Shown: positions 54,506 through 64,000 of the stretch, one piece after another
How positions within the stretch are numbered: the first letter of the stretch is position 1
Layout of the letters: every line of letters starts with the position of its first letter
Source: an uncultured delta proteobacterium
GTDB lineage: Bacteria > Myxococcota_A > Polyangia > Fen-1088
DNA length: 64,000 bases
Direction of reading: 5' to 3'
Assembly: GCA_963767925.1 (NCBI GenBank)
Contig: CAVYGB010000006.1
Span: 320,001 to 384,000, forward strand
Notes under the pieces: model-generated
The model's input: only the letters and a program-made list of their open reading frames with translations
Told to the model about the DNA's origin: nothing
The model's database searches: none
Made by a program: the position numbers and the translations under genes

Positions 54506-56605
54506 ATGAACGCGCCGCGCGCCGCTCTGGTGCTGGTGACCGCTCTCGGGGGGTGCGGACGACCGTCGATGGCCCGGGCGCAGCCGGGGGACGCGGGGGC
54601 GGGCGCAACGGAGGCGGGCGCGAACCGGGCGGGCGCGCCGGAGCGGCTCGCGGCGGACAGCCCGCGGCGGACCGCGCGAGGGTCGACCTTCCTGGCGCCG
54701 GCCGGCTGGTCGATCGCCACGCGCGGGCCGGCCACCGTGCTCGAGACCCCCGAGGGCGACTCCTGGATCGCGATCGTCGACGTGCCGGGCACCTGTGGCG
54801 CCGCTGGCCGCGCGTGTTGCCCGAGCGCCAGCCCTTCAACCGGGCCGGCGCCGCCCCCCTGCACGAACGCCGACGCCGCCGTCGCCGCGGCCTGGGCGGC
54901 CTTCCGCCCGGGCGGCGCCCGGCGCCCCGTCCGAACCGTCACGCCCGAGGCCGACAAGGACGGCTGGCAGGACCTGCGGACCTACCGGTACCAGACCTCG
55001 CCGAACGAGCGGCGCACGGTCCTGGCCGGGGCCAAGCGCCACCGGGACGTCTGGACGGTCTGGCTCTACGACATGCTGGAGGCCACCGCCGCGCGGCGCC
55101 TGAGCCAGGTGGCGCTGATCCTCAACCGCCTGCTGCCGGCCGGATACCAGCGCGAGACCTTCGCCGGCCGCCCGGCCCGCCCGCTCGACGCCGCCCGCCT
55201 CCGAGCCCTCACCGCCTTCCTCGAGCGAGGCCGCAAGCTGTTCGACGTACCCGGCCTGGCCCTCGGGCTGATCCAGGACGGCAAGGTGGTGTTCGAGGGG
55301 GGCTTCGGCCCGCGGGTCCTGGGCGAAAAACCCGCCGTCGACGCCCGCACCCTGTTCCTCATCGCCTCCAACACAAAGCCGCTGACCACCTTGCTGCTCG
55401 GCACCCTCGTCGACGCCGGCAAGCTCACCTGGGACACCCCCGTCACCCGCCTGCTCCCCTCGTTCCGGCTCGGCGACCCCGAGACCACCCGCCAGGTGCA
55501 AGTCAAACACCTGGTCTGCGCCTGCACCGGCCTGCCCCGCCAGGACTCCGAGTGGCTGCTGGAGTTCGGATCGCGAACCGCCAGCGGCGCGATGGACCTG
55601 CTGGGCACCATGCGCCCGACCACCCGGTTCGGCGAGCTGTACCAGTACTCGAACCCGCTGGCCGCCGCCGGTGGCTACCTGGCCGCCCACGTGCACGCCC
55701 CCGAGCGCGAGCTGGGGGCCGCCTACGACGCCGCCATGTTGGCCCGCGTGTTCCAGCCCCTCGGCATGGCCGACACGACCTTCGACTTTCGCCGCGCCCG
55801 CGCCGGCAACCACGCCGCCCCCCACGCCCTGACCATAGACGGCGTCCCCGCCCGGGCCGTCGAGGAGGTCAACCTGGCCATCCGCCCGGTCCGTCCCGCC
55901 GGCGGCGCCTGGAGCAGCGCCCACGACCTCCTCAAGTACCTCGCCATGGAGCTCGCCGAGGGCAAGCTGCCCGACGGCAAGCGCTTCATCTCCAGCGCGG
56001 TGCTGCTCGAGCGGCGCGCTCCCCAGGTCTCCGTCGGCACCGACCTGACCTACGGCATGGGCCTGCGGGTCGACCGCACCCACGGCATCCCCGTCGTGCG
56101 CCACGGCGGCAGCCTGACCGGCTTCAAGAGCGACCTCTTCTGGCTCCCCGAGCAGAGGGTCGGCGCCGTCCTGCTCACCAGCTCCGACGCCGGCCAGGCC
56201 CTCCTGGCCCCCTTCCGCCGCAAGCTCCTCGAAGTCCTCTTCGACGGCCAGCCCCAGGCCGACAACGCCCTCACCATCGCCGCCCAGGCCATGCGCCAGC
56301 GCATCGCCACCGAACGCAAACGCCTCACCGTCCCCCCGACGGCAGCCGCCGCCCGCCTCGCCCCCCGCTACAGCAACCCCGCCCTCGGCCCCATCGCGGT
56401 CACCCGCACCCCGACGGCCGTCACCTTCGACTTCGGCGAATGGAAGACCCCCGTCGCCACCCGCGCCAACCCCGACGGCACCACCTCCTTCGTCACCATC
56501 GTCCCCGGCATGATCGGCCTCGAGTTCGTCGCCGGCGAGGCCGCCGGCAAGCGCACCCTCGTCTTCCGCGACGCCCAGCACCAGTACGTCTTCACCGAAA
56601 GCTAG
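54506..56605 (+). CDS. Serine hydrolase (beta-lactamase/AmpC-like fold) lipoprotein
   Basis: SNTK, YSN and HGG motifs; lipobox LGGC. Confidence 0.85.
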   Translation: MNAPRAALVLVTALGGCGRPSMARAQPGDAGAGATEAGANRAGAPERLAADSPRRTARGSTFLAPAGWSIATRGPATVLETPEGDSWIAIVDVPGTCGAAGRACCPSASPSTGPAPPPCTNADAAVAAAWAAFRPGGARRPVRTVTPEADKDGWQDLRTYRYQTSPNERRTVLAGAKRHRDVWTVWLYDMLEATAARRLSQVALILNRLLPAGYQRETFAGRPARPLDAARLRALTAFLERGRKLFDVPGLALGLIQDGKVVFEGGFGPRVLGEKPAVDARTLFLIASNTKPLTTLLLGTLVDAGKLTWDTPVTRLLPSFRLGDPETTRQVQVKHLVCACTGLPRQDSEWLLEFGSRTASGAMDLLGTMRPTTRFGELYQYSNPLAAAGGYLAAHVHAPERELGAAYDAAMLARVFQPLGMADTTFDFRRARAGNHAAPHALTIDGVPARAVEEVNLAIRPVRPAGGAWSSAHDLLKYLAMELAEGKLPDGKRFISSAVLLERRAPQVSVGTDLTYGMGLRVDRTHGIPVVRHGGSLTGFKSDLFWLPEQRVGAVLLTSSDAGQALLAPFRRKLLEVLFDGQPQADNALTIAAQAMRQRIATERKRLTVPPTAAAARLAPRYSNPALGPIAVTRTPTAVTFDFGEWKTPVATRANPDGTTSFVTIVPGMIGLEFVAGEAAGKRTLVFRDAQHQYVFTES

Positions 56606-56880
56606 CCGGAAGCCAGCCGGGAGCCAGCCGGCGCCCCGTTTCGACCGGGAAATCCCTGCAGGTGAACAGTGGGGACCTCTCGGTTCGAGGAAGCGTCGAG
56701 GTGTGCCAGCACGATAGCCGCGCCTCGCTCGCTCCGCAGCCCTGCTCGCCGGGATCACCCTGACCGCTTCGACTGGAGACTGTGTGGCCGCCGGGACCGC
56801 CCTGACCACTTGGATTTGGACGGGTCGATATTTGCTGGGCCGCCGCTGTCTTCAGGGTGGGTGGGGGTGACGGGCGGGTG

Positions 56881-57151
56881 GGGGCGGCTCTGCTCGTTAC
56901 GGCGGGGGCGAGGGAGGGAGGCAGGGATCCTCTTTCGGGGTGCGATCGGCCGCTTACCGCTCCATGGGCAGGCCGGCGGGGTGGAAGGAGGGGATGGGGG
57001 GGCGGGCGGCAGGGTGCGGGCGGGCGGCGCTGCGGCCTCGGACCGGCCTTGGTGTCGCCGCAGACGGCGAGCAGGCCTGTACGCCCCCCGAAAGAGGATC
57101 CCTCCCTCCCTCCCCCGCGGGGGTGGCCTGCACTCCCTCCGCCTCGACGCC
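56881..57151. repeat. ~270-bp hairpin element, left copy (inverted partner of 59311..59587)
   Basis: Internal arms GATCCTCTTTCGGGG and CCCCGAAAGAGGATC; reverse-complement similarity to the right copy along its length. Confidence 0.85.
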
Positions 57152-57164
57152 TCGTCCAAGGCGG

Positions 57165-57560
57165 CCGCTCGCACCAACGCCTCCTCTGCCCCTTCCACGA
57201 CGGCCGCTCCGCACCGGCGCCTCTTCCCTCATCCACACCGCCGCTCGCAGGCGCCTCGTCTGCACCTTCCACGACGACCGCTCGCAGGCGCCTCGTCTGC
57301 ACCTTCCACGACGACCGCTCGCAGGCGCCTCGTCTGCACCTTCCACGCGGCCGCTCGCAGGCGCCTCGTCTGCACCTTCCACGCGGCCGCTCGCAGGCGC
57401 CTCGTCTGCACCTTCCACGACGGCCGCTCGTACCGACCCTCGTCCGTCTCATCAACGCTCGCCAGTCCGCACCGGCGCCTCGGGGGCCCCTTCCACGCCA
57501 GCCGCTCTGCACCGGCCCCTCGTCCGTCCCGTCTGCTCCGACCAGTCCGCACTGGCGCCT
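57165..57560. repeat. 36-37 bp tandem repeat (5 near-perfect copies at 57241-57423, degenerate flanks)
   Basis: CCGCTCGCAGGCGCCTCGTCTGCACCTTCCACGACGA units at 57241, 57278, 57315, 57351 and 57387. Confidence 0.92.
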
Positions 57561-57762
57561 CGTCCGCTCGTCGGGCCGAATCGCTGCAATTCGACGGTGG
57601 GCGGCCAGGACGTCTGATCGTGTGATGTGATCCATTCGATCACTGAGCGGTCGCTGAGCTACGACAAACCGAAGACCTCCGCGTGGCGCGGCTGTGATGG
57701 CGATCCTGCGAAAGGGGGGCCGGTCCCGAGGGGTGGTGTCGAGGAGTCACGAACACATAGAC

Positions 57763-57790
57763 TTGACTTTTGCTGCGCCTGCGTTACTAT
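57763..57790 (+). promoter_or_regulatory. Sigma70-like promoter of the Y1 nuclease gene
   Basis: TTGACT-N16-TACTAT in a locally AT-rich patch, 12 nt before ATG 57803. Confidence 0.55.
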
Positions 57791-57802
57791 GGCCTCATTC
57801 AT

Positions 57803-58480
57803 ATGAAAAGCTTCGGTTGTGGTGCCCAGCTCGCATTGCCCCGGACGTCCGGGTGGGGTGGGCGGCGGAGGGGGGCTGGGCGGCCACCGATTGCTGGGCG
57901 GAGACGGCCAACGCCCCATCGAGCGCGGGTGGCGCACAGGACGGCTCATCCCCTGCACGTCACCTTGCGAGCGAGGGGCGGGTTGCCGTCGCTGCGGAGC
58001 AAGAGTGTCTTCCGCGTCTTGCGGGAATGCTTCCGGGGGGCGAGCTCGGACGCGTTTCGGGTGGTTCAGTTCTCGGTGCAGGGCGACCACGTGCACTTGA
58101 TGGTGGAGGCGCAGGACAAAGCGGCACTGTCCTCGGGGGCGCGCGGCCTGGTGATCCGGGGCGCGCTGGCGATCAACCGGCTGCTGAAGCGGACCGGGCG
58201 CGTCTGGGGAGACCGGTACCACGCCCGCGAGCTGGCGACGCCGCGCGAGGTGCGCAACGCTCTGGTGTACGTGTTGATGAACCACAAGAAACACGGCCTG
58301 CGGGACCGCGGACACATCGACCCCTGCTCCTCGGCCCCCTGGTTCGACGGCTTCCACGTCACCCTTCCACCGCCGCCCGATCCCCCGGTCACCTGCCACC
58401 CGCGCACCTGGCTCGCCAGCGTCGGCTGGCGCCGCCGCGGCCTCATAGACCCCACAGAATCCCCAAAGCCATCCGCCTGA
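57803..58480 (+). CDS. RAYT-like Y1 HUH tyrosine transposase/nuclease
   Basis: HVTLR, DHVHLMVE (HUH), GRVWGDRY, VYVLMN (catalytic Tyr) and C-terminal SS motif; no tnpB next to it. Confidence 0.85.
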   Translation: MKSFGCGAQLALPRTSGWGGRRRGAGRPPIAGRRRPTPHRARVAHRTAHPLHVTLRARGGLPSLRSKSVFRVLRECFRGASSDAFRVVQFSVQGDHVHLMVEAQDKAALSSGARGLVIRGALAINRLLKRTGRVWGDRYHARELATPREVRNALVYVLMNHKKHGLRDRGHIDPCSSAPWFDGFHVTLPPPPDPPVTCHPRTWLASVGWRRRGLIDPTESPKPSA

Positions 58481-58874
58481 GCGTCGACGTGGCCGTCGTT
58501 GGGAAGACAGGGCCCTCGGCAAGCCGAGCGGTCTTCCGACCTGGCTCCCCCTCGCCCCTTCGCCCCCCCCTCACCTCCAAACCGCTGAGCGCGCTGTCGG
58601 CTACCCGGAGAGCGCACCGGCGGCTCCCGGGATCGGATGTGGGTTCCGACGTCACCTCCCCTCCGTCCCACGTCGTTGCGACCCGACGCCGAGCCCGGCT
58701 ACACTGAGGGCTTCGGAGGGTGGGTGTCAACGTGGGATCAGCGGAGTGGTCAGTGTTCGGCGGTGGTCCAGGCGCGCGCGGGCTCACCCGTGGGCGCGAG
58801 CCTGCGCTCTTCGACAGGAGATGGCGATCTCGGTGCGCGATTCGCGACGATGCGGCCAGCGGAGCGTGTGCGCT

Positions 58875-59180
58875 ATGAGCGATCTCTTTCTCGGTTGGGA
58901 TGTCGGCGCATGGAACTGCGACCAGAATCGGAAGAGCCGCGACGCGCTCTGTGCGATCGAGGTTCGCGAGTCCGGCCCCCTCGTAGTCGGCAGGCCATGG
59001 CGGGGCAACGTCCGAGACGTGCTCGTCGCGGAGGGCGACGCACTCATCGCCGCCCTGATGAAGCTGCTCGACGTGACCGTCGACGACTGGCACCACCTCA
59101 CGATTGCGATCGACACGCCGCTCGGGTGGCCAACGCGGATGCTCGATCTTGTCAGAAATGGATCTATCGTCGTCGAGGTC
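58875..59180 (+). pseudogene. Truncated DUF429-like (RNase H-fold predicted nuclease) gene
   Basis: FLGWDVGAW and IAIDTPLGWP motifs; protein-like sequence stops where repeat DNA begins at 59181. Confidence 0.6.
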
Positions 59181-59587
59181 CAGTGCGGCGGCCGAGGCGG
59201 AGAGAGTGCAGGCCCCACCGGCGGCGGAGGGAGGGGAGATCCTCTTTCGGAGGGCGGACGCGCCACCTCGTCCTCGCCACCTCGGCCGCCACTGCCGGGT
59301 GCACCAGTGCGGCGGCCGAGGCGGAGAGAGTGCAGGCCCCCAACCGGCGGGGGAGGGAGGGGGAGATCCTCTTTCGGGGGGCGTGCACGCCTGCTCGCCG
59401 TCTGCGGCGACGCCAAGGCGTGCCTGAGGCCGCAGCGCCGACCGCGAGCACCCTGCCCCCCGCCCCCCCGTCCCCTCTGCCCACCCCGCCGGCCCGAACA
59501 TGGAGCGGTAAGCGGCCGCCCCCGCACCCCGAAAGAGGATCTCCCCCTCCCTCCCCCGCCCCCCGCCGTAACGAACAGAGCCGCCCC
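59181..59587. repeat. Right-hand hairpin element (59311..59587) plus a partial direct duplicate (59181..59255)
   Basis: Reverse complement of 56881..57151; CAGTGCGGCGGCCGAGGCGGAGAGAGTGCAGGCCCC occurs twice. Confidence 0.85.
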
Positions 59588-59980
59588 TTTCAAGAGAACC
59601 GCCGCTTACCCCGCCCCCAGCAATAACGACAGAGCCGGCCCTTCCGAAGAGCCACCGCTTCCTGCGCCCCGGTCCTTACGGAAAGTTCCCTCCCTCCCCC
59701 GCCCCCCGCCGTAACGAACAGAGCCGCCCCTTTCAAGAGAACCGCCACTTGCCCCGCCCCCTCCCCGCAACGAACAGAGCCGCTCTTTCCAAAGGAGAAC
59801 TGCCGCTTCCACCGCCCGTCGAGCGGCCCCTCCCAAGGACTGCCGCTTCCCCCGCCCGCCGTTACGGTCAGAGCCCCTCCCAAGGACTGCCGCTTCCCCG
59901 GCCCGTCGTTACGGTCAGAGCGGCCCCTCCCAAGGACCGCCGTTTACCCGCCCGTCGTTACGGTTCAGAGCCGCCCCCAC
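59566..59980. repeat. Degenerate ~45-55 bp tandem repeats
   Basis: Recurring CGTAACGAACAGAGCCGCCCC / CGTTACGGTCAGAGC..CCCCTCCCAAGGAC(T/C)GCCG. Confidence 0.75.
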
Positions 59981-60024
59981 CCCTTCCCATGCCGCAAGCG
60001 TCTCCGGGCGGTAAAGTCGGGGGG

Positions 60025-60552
60025 ATGCCGGCGTATGCGGCCTTCTTGCGGGGGGTGAGCCCCATGAATGCGAAGATGCCGGGCCTCAAAGCGGCCTTCG
60101 AAACGGCGGGGTTCAGCGGCGTCTCGACTGTGCGGTCGAGCGGCAACGTGCTGTTCAGCGCGCGGGCTGCCTCCGAGGCGCGGCTGGAGCGAAAGGCGGA
60201 GGCGAACATGGAGGAGGTCCTGGGGCGGAGCTTCCTCACCATCGTGCGGCCGGTCGAGGGGTTGCGGGCGATGCTTGCGGCTGACCCTTTCCGGGGCTTC
60301 CGCCTTCCCCCCGGCAGCAAGCGCACCATCACCTTCCTGCGGCACGAGCCCACTGCCCGGCTCGACCTGCCGGTCGAGGTCGACGGCGCCCGCATCCTGC
60401 GCCTGGCGGATCGTACGGTGTTCACCGCCTACGTCCCCAGCGCCCGGGGGGCGGTCTTCATGGGCCTGATCGAGAGCACCTTCGGCCAGGAGGTGACTAC
60501 CCGGACCTGGGACACAGTCGAGAAAATGGTGTCCCCGAAGAAAAAGCGATAG
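60025..60552 (+). CDS. DUF1697 family protein
   Basis: YAAFLRGV, SSGNVLF and TTRTWDT motifs. Confidence 0.85.
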   Translation: MPAYAAFLRGVSPMNAKMPGLKAAFETAGFSGVSTVRSSGNVLFSARAASEARLERKAEANMEEVLGRSFLTIVRPVEGLRAMLAADPFRGFRLPPGSKRTITFLRHEPTARLDLPVEVDGARILRLADRTVFTAYVPSARGAVFMGLIESTFGQEVTTRTWDTVEKMVSPKKKR

Positions 60553-60747
60553 CCGGGCCCGAGCGCAGCGAGGGAACCCGGCTACTTTCTCCCTCCTTTC
60601 CCAGCCGGGCCCGAGCGCAGCCAGGGAACCCGGCTACTTTCTCCCTCCTTTCCCAGCCGGGCCCGAGCGCAGCCAGGGAACCCGGCTACTTTCTCCCTCC
60701 TTTCCCAGCCGGGCCCGAGCGCAGCCAGGGAACCCGGCTACTTTCTC
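60550..60747. repeat. Tandem array of four 52-bp GTAG-type REP units
   Basis: AGCCGGGCCCGAGCGCAGC(G/C)AGGGAACCCGGCTACTTTCTC at 60551, 60603, 60655 and 60707; minus strand reads GTAG-CCGGG...CCCGGCT. Confidence 0.92.
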
Positions 60748-60845
60748 ACTCACTTTCCCGGCCGGGCCTGCACGTCACGAGGAAACCAGGCTATTTTTCT
60801 GCGACAGTCTCCCCTGTACCGTTGTCCAAGCCAGGAGCCGACCCC

Positions 60846-62834
60846 ATGACCCAGACACCCGAACGACGAGAGTTCCAGGCCGAGGTGAAGCAGCTCCTCG
60901 ACCTGATGGTCCATTCGCTCTACTCGGACAAGGACATCTTCCTGCGCGAGCTGATCTCGAACGCCTCGGACGCCCTCGACAAGCTGCGCTTCGAGCAGCT
61001 CACCCGCACCGAGCTGGCCGGCGGTGGCGAGCTGCACATCCGCCTCGAGGCCGACCGGGAGCGACGGACGCTCTCCATCCTCGACAACGGCATCGGGATG
61101 ACCCGGGACGAGGTGGTCCGGAACATCGGCACCATCGCCAAGTCGGGCACCAAGGAGTTCCTGGCGGCGGTGAAGGAGGCGGAGAAGAAAGAGGTGCCGC
61201 CCGAGCTGATCGGTCAGTTCGGGGTCGGCTTCTATTCCGCCTTCATGGTGGCGGAGAAGGTCGTCCTGGTCACCCGGCGGGCGGGCGAGAGCCTGGCCAC
61301 CCTCTGGGAGTCGACCGGCGACGGCTCCTACAGCATCGGCACCGGCGAGCGCGAGCAGGCCGGCACCACCGTCACCCTCCACCTCAAGCCCGCTGACAGC
61401 GAGCAGGGCCTGCGCGACTACACCGACGAACACGCCGTCCGCGACATCATCAAGCGCTACTCGGACTTCGTGGCCTACCCGATCCGCATGAAGGTCTGGC
61501 GCAGCGAGGCCCCCGGAGGAGGCAAGGGAGCAGACGAGGGGGAAGGCGCGGGCGAAGGTCAAGCCCCCGGCGCCGCCCCCCCGACCGCGGGGGCCAAGGT
61601 CCTGCAGGACGAGACCCTGAACTCGATGAAGGCCATCTGGGACCGCCCCAAGGGGGAGGTGTCGGAGGCCGAATACCGGGAGTTCTACCGCCACATCTCC
61701 CACGACTGGACCGACCCCCTGCGCACCATCCCGGTGAAGATGGAGGGCACGCTCGAGGCCTACGCCCTGCTCTACCTCCCGGCCCGGGCGCCCTTCGACC
61801 TGTACAGCGCCGAGATGAAGCGGGGCGTGCAGCTCTACGTCAAGCGCGTCTTCGTGATGGACGAGTGCAAGGATCTGCTGCCGCCGCACCTGCGCTTCGT
61901 CAAGGGGGTGGTCGACGCCCACGACCTGTCGCTCAACGTCTCCCGGGAGATGCTGCAAAAAGATCGCCAGATCCAGGTCATCCGCAAGCAGCTCGTCAAG
62001 AAGGTCTACGCCACCCTCGAGGAGATGAAGCGCGACGCCGCCAAGGACTACCTGCAGTTCTGGGCCGAGCTGGGGCCGGTGCTCAAGGAGGGGCTGCTGG
62101 CCTACGACGTGGGGGACAAGGACAAGCTGCTCGACCTGCTGCTGGCCCGCTCGACCGCCCACGCCAGCGAGCCGACCTCGCTCGAGCACTACGTCGGCCG
62201 CATGAAGGAGGGCCAGGACGCCATCTACTTTCTCACCGGCTCCTCGCCCGAGGCGGTGGCCCGCTCCCCCCTGCTGGAGGCCTTCGTCGACAAGGGCCAG
62301 GAGGTGCTGCTCTTCTCCGACGCCATCGACGAGCTGTGGCTCGAGCGGGCGCCGCGCTTCCGGGACAAACCCCTGCGCTCGATCGCCCGGGGCGAGGTCA
62401 AGCTCGGCTCCGAGGAGGAGCGCAAGCAGGCCGCCGAGGCGCTCGAGGAGAAGCAGAAGCAATACGTCGACCTGTTCGGGGCCTTCCGCGCGCACCTGCA
62501 GGACGACGTCAAGGAGGTGCGCCTGTCGAGCCGCCTGACCTCCTCGCCGGTCTGCCTGGTGGGCGACGAGCACGACCCCACCCCCCGCATGCTGAAGATC
62601 ATGGAGCAGCTCGGACAGAAGCCGGAGAAGGTCCGGCGCATCCTCGAGCTGAACCCCAGCCACCCCCTCATCCCCAAGCTGCAGGCCATCTTCCAGGAGA
62701 ACAGGGCCGACCCCCGGCTCGAGCTGTACGCCCACCTGCTGCTGGGACAGGCCCACCTCGCCGACTCGGGCCAGGTCCCCGACCCCGCCGCCTTCAGCAA
62801 GGTCCTCGCCGACGTCATGAACCGCGGCCTCTGA
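60846..62834 (+). CDS. htpG: Molecular chaperone HtpG (Hsp90)
   Basis: FQAEVKQLL, FLRELISNASDA, DNGIGM, IGQFGVGFYS, LNVSRE and ILELNP motifs. Confidence 0.97.
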   Translation: MTQTPERREFQAEVKQLLDLMVHSLYSDKDIFLRELISNASDALDKLRFEQLTRTELAGGGELHIRLEADRERRTLSILDNGIGMTRDEVVRNIGTIAKSGTKEFLAAVKEAEKKEVPPELIGQFGVGFYSAFMVAEKVVLVTRRAGESLATLWESTGDGSYSIGTGEREQAGTTVTLHLKPADSEQGLRDYTDEHAVRDIIKRYSDFVAYPIRMKVWRSEAPGGGKGADEGEGAGEGQAPGAAPPTAGAKVLQDETLNSMKAIWDRPKGEVSEAEYREFYRHISHDWTDPLRTIPVKMEGTLEAYALLYLPARAPFDLYSAEMKRGVQLYVKRVFVMDECKDLLPPHLRFVKGVVDAHDLSLNVSREMLQKDRQIQVIRKQLVKKVYATLEEMKRDAAKDYLQFWAELGPVLKEGLLAYDVGDKDKLLDLLLARSTAHASEPTSLEHYVGRMKEGQDAIYFLTGSSPEAVARSPLLEAFVDKGQEVLLFSDAIDELWLERAPRFRDKPLRSIARGEVKLGSEEERKQAAEALEEKQKQYVDLFGAFRAHLQDDVKEVRLSSRLTSSPVCLVGDEHDPTPRMLKIMEQLGQKPEKVRRILELNPSHPLIPKLQAIFQENRADPRLELYAHLLLGQAHLADSGQVPDPAAFSKVLADVMNRGL

Positions 62835-63011
62835 GGCGGCGGTGGTTGCTTCACCACCGGAGGGAGAGGCGGGCGCCGGGCTGGCGACCGCCCCTCACCC
62901 GGCGGGCAGACGCGCCAACACCTCTCCCCACGGCAGACCGCGGGGAGGTGTTGGCCTGGAGGCGCGCCCCGAGGGGTGAGGTGACCTCTCCGGGTCGATC
63001 CAGGCGGCCGG

Positions 63012-63800
63012 TCAGCGCTCGAAGAACGAGGCTTGCTGGAAGCGCAGGCCGGCGAGGATCTGCTCGACCCTCGTGGCGGAGAGGGAGCCGATCCGTTCGC
63101 CCAGGCGGGTCTTCTCGACCGAGTCGATCTGCGACACCACCACCACGCTCTGGCGGGGCAGGTTCCCCTCGCCCACCTCGAGCAGGACGTTGCCCGGCTC
63201 GGTCGCTCGCTGCAGGTTCGTCGTCAGGGCGCACACCACCACCGTCGGGATGCGGGCGTGGTTGAAGACGTCGTCCTGGACCACCACGTGGGGGTGGGCG
63301 GGGCCGGCGGGCGACCCTCCCGTCTCCACCGGAGGGATCCAGTACAGGTCCCCGCGGTCGATCCGCGCGGCAGCAAGCGCAACCAGCGCGACCGGGCCCG
63401 CCGGCAGGGGCCGGAGGGGCGCGGGCGGATCGCCCCCGGTCAGCAACGAGGCGAGCAGGTCGGCCTGCAGCCGCAGCCGGGCGGCCTCCTCGGCCTTGCC
63501 GAGCGCCGTGTAGGTCGCCGCCGCCGCCAGCCGCGCCTCCAGCTCACCCTCGACGATGGTGGTGACCGCCGCCGGGCTCAGCACCCGGCGGGGGACCTCC
63601 CCTGCCCCCAGGCCCACCACGCCACCGGCGATGCGCCCCGACTGCCCCGCTGGCGGCGCCGCGCTGACCTCGACCGCCTCGGCGTTGTCGATCGCGGCCA
63701 GCGTCTCGCGCATCACCGCCACCACGGCCGCGTCCTGGCCCAGGAGCGCCTGGCGCAGCGCCGCCCGCAAGACGCCCTTCCACGCCTCGACGCCTCTCAC
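63012..63800 (-). CDS. YqeY-like helical domain fused to a PemK/MazF-family toxin domain
   Basis: N-terminal LAAIDNAEAV..GLGAGEVPRR; C-terminal RGDLYW..HPHVVVQDDVFN..VVCALTT..SQIDSVEK.RL. Confidence 0.7.
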   Translation of the reverse strand: MRGVEAWKGVLRAALRQALLGQDAAVVAVMRETLAAIDNAEAVEVSAAPPAGQSGRIAGGVVGLGAGEVPRRVLSPAAVTTIVEGELEARLAAAATYTALGKAEEAARLRLQADLLASLLTGGDPPAPLRPLPAGPVALVALAAARIDRGDLYWIPPVETGGSPAGPAHPHVVVQDDVFNHARIPTVVVCALTTNLQRATEPGNVLLEVGEGNLPRQSVVVVSQIDSVEKTRLGERIGSLSATRVEQILAGLRFQQASFFER

Positions 63801-63847
63801 ACTGTCACCGCCGCGGCCTGGCCTGCTCGGGAAACCGCGGTTGCGCC

Positions 63848-64000
<153 letters not shown>

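Noticed and set aside
54506..56605. Antibiotic-resistance beta-lactamase
   Set aside because: The SxxK/YxN/HGG motifs only indicate the broad serine hydrolase family; nothing supports resistance specifically
57165..57560. Possible CRISPR array (36-37 bp repeat next to a nuclease gene)
   Set aside because: The repeat length fits, but copies abut directly with no spacers
57803..59714. IS200/IS605 element with TnpB or IscB
   Set aside because: No RuvC, zinc-finger or HNH ORF beside the Y1 gene; ORF 58746..59714 beyond 59180 is translated repeat DNA
60550..60747. Possible mini-CRISPR
   Set aside because: The linkers between palindromes are identical, so this is a tandem REP array
62880..62990. 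Possible ncRNA after htpG
   Set aside because: A GC-rich hairpin between convergent genes, adequately explained as a terminator or REP-like element

Overview
Very GC-rich bacterial DNA. The gene content (Ser/Thr kinase-TPR/PEGA pairs, Cys/Pro-rich lipoproteins, a CheA-REC/CheR-TPR chemosensory cluster) suggests a myxobacterium (Myxococcota); this is an inference. Most of the window is housekeeping and secretome genes: dapL, a two-subunit TPP decarboxylase, GH43, M16 and S9 peptidases, apbE-doxX-Gfo/Idh/MocA, a ubiD-family gene, htpG and the 3' end of katG. Three regions stand out. (1) A ~20 kb candidate signalling locus (13.2-33.2 kb): a TonB-dependent receptor, a duplicated pair of solute-binding lipoproteins with no ABC permease, a YfiR-like protein, a Wsp/ACF-type Che cluster, a REC-PP2C phosphatase and two converging SiaB/SiaC-like partner-switch pairs. 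(2) An IS5-like element with 25-bp terminal inverted repeats (TIRs) and CTAG target duplications, carrying an Avd-like four-helix-bundle gene and a GTGCAC repeat tract. (3) A RAYT-like Y1 HUH nuclease enclosed by ~270-bp hairpin inverted repeats and tandem arrays. REP- and MITE-like repeats repeatedly start at TAG stop codons. Two divergent kinase paralogs appear to start at CTG, and there is a YqeY-like/PemK fusion. At least six genes have single frameshifts that look like long-read indel errors. No CRISPR array, tRNA or rRNA was recognised. All family assignments come from motif recognition by eye, not database searches.
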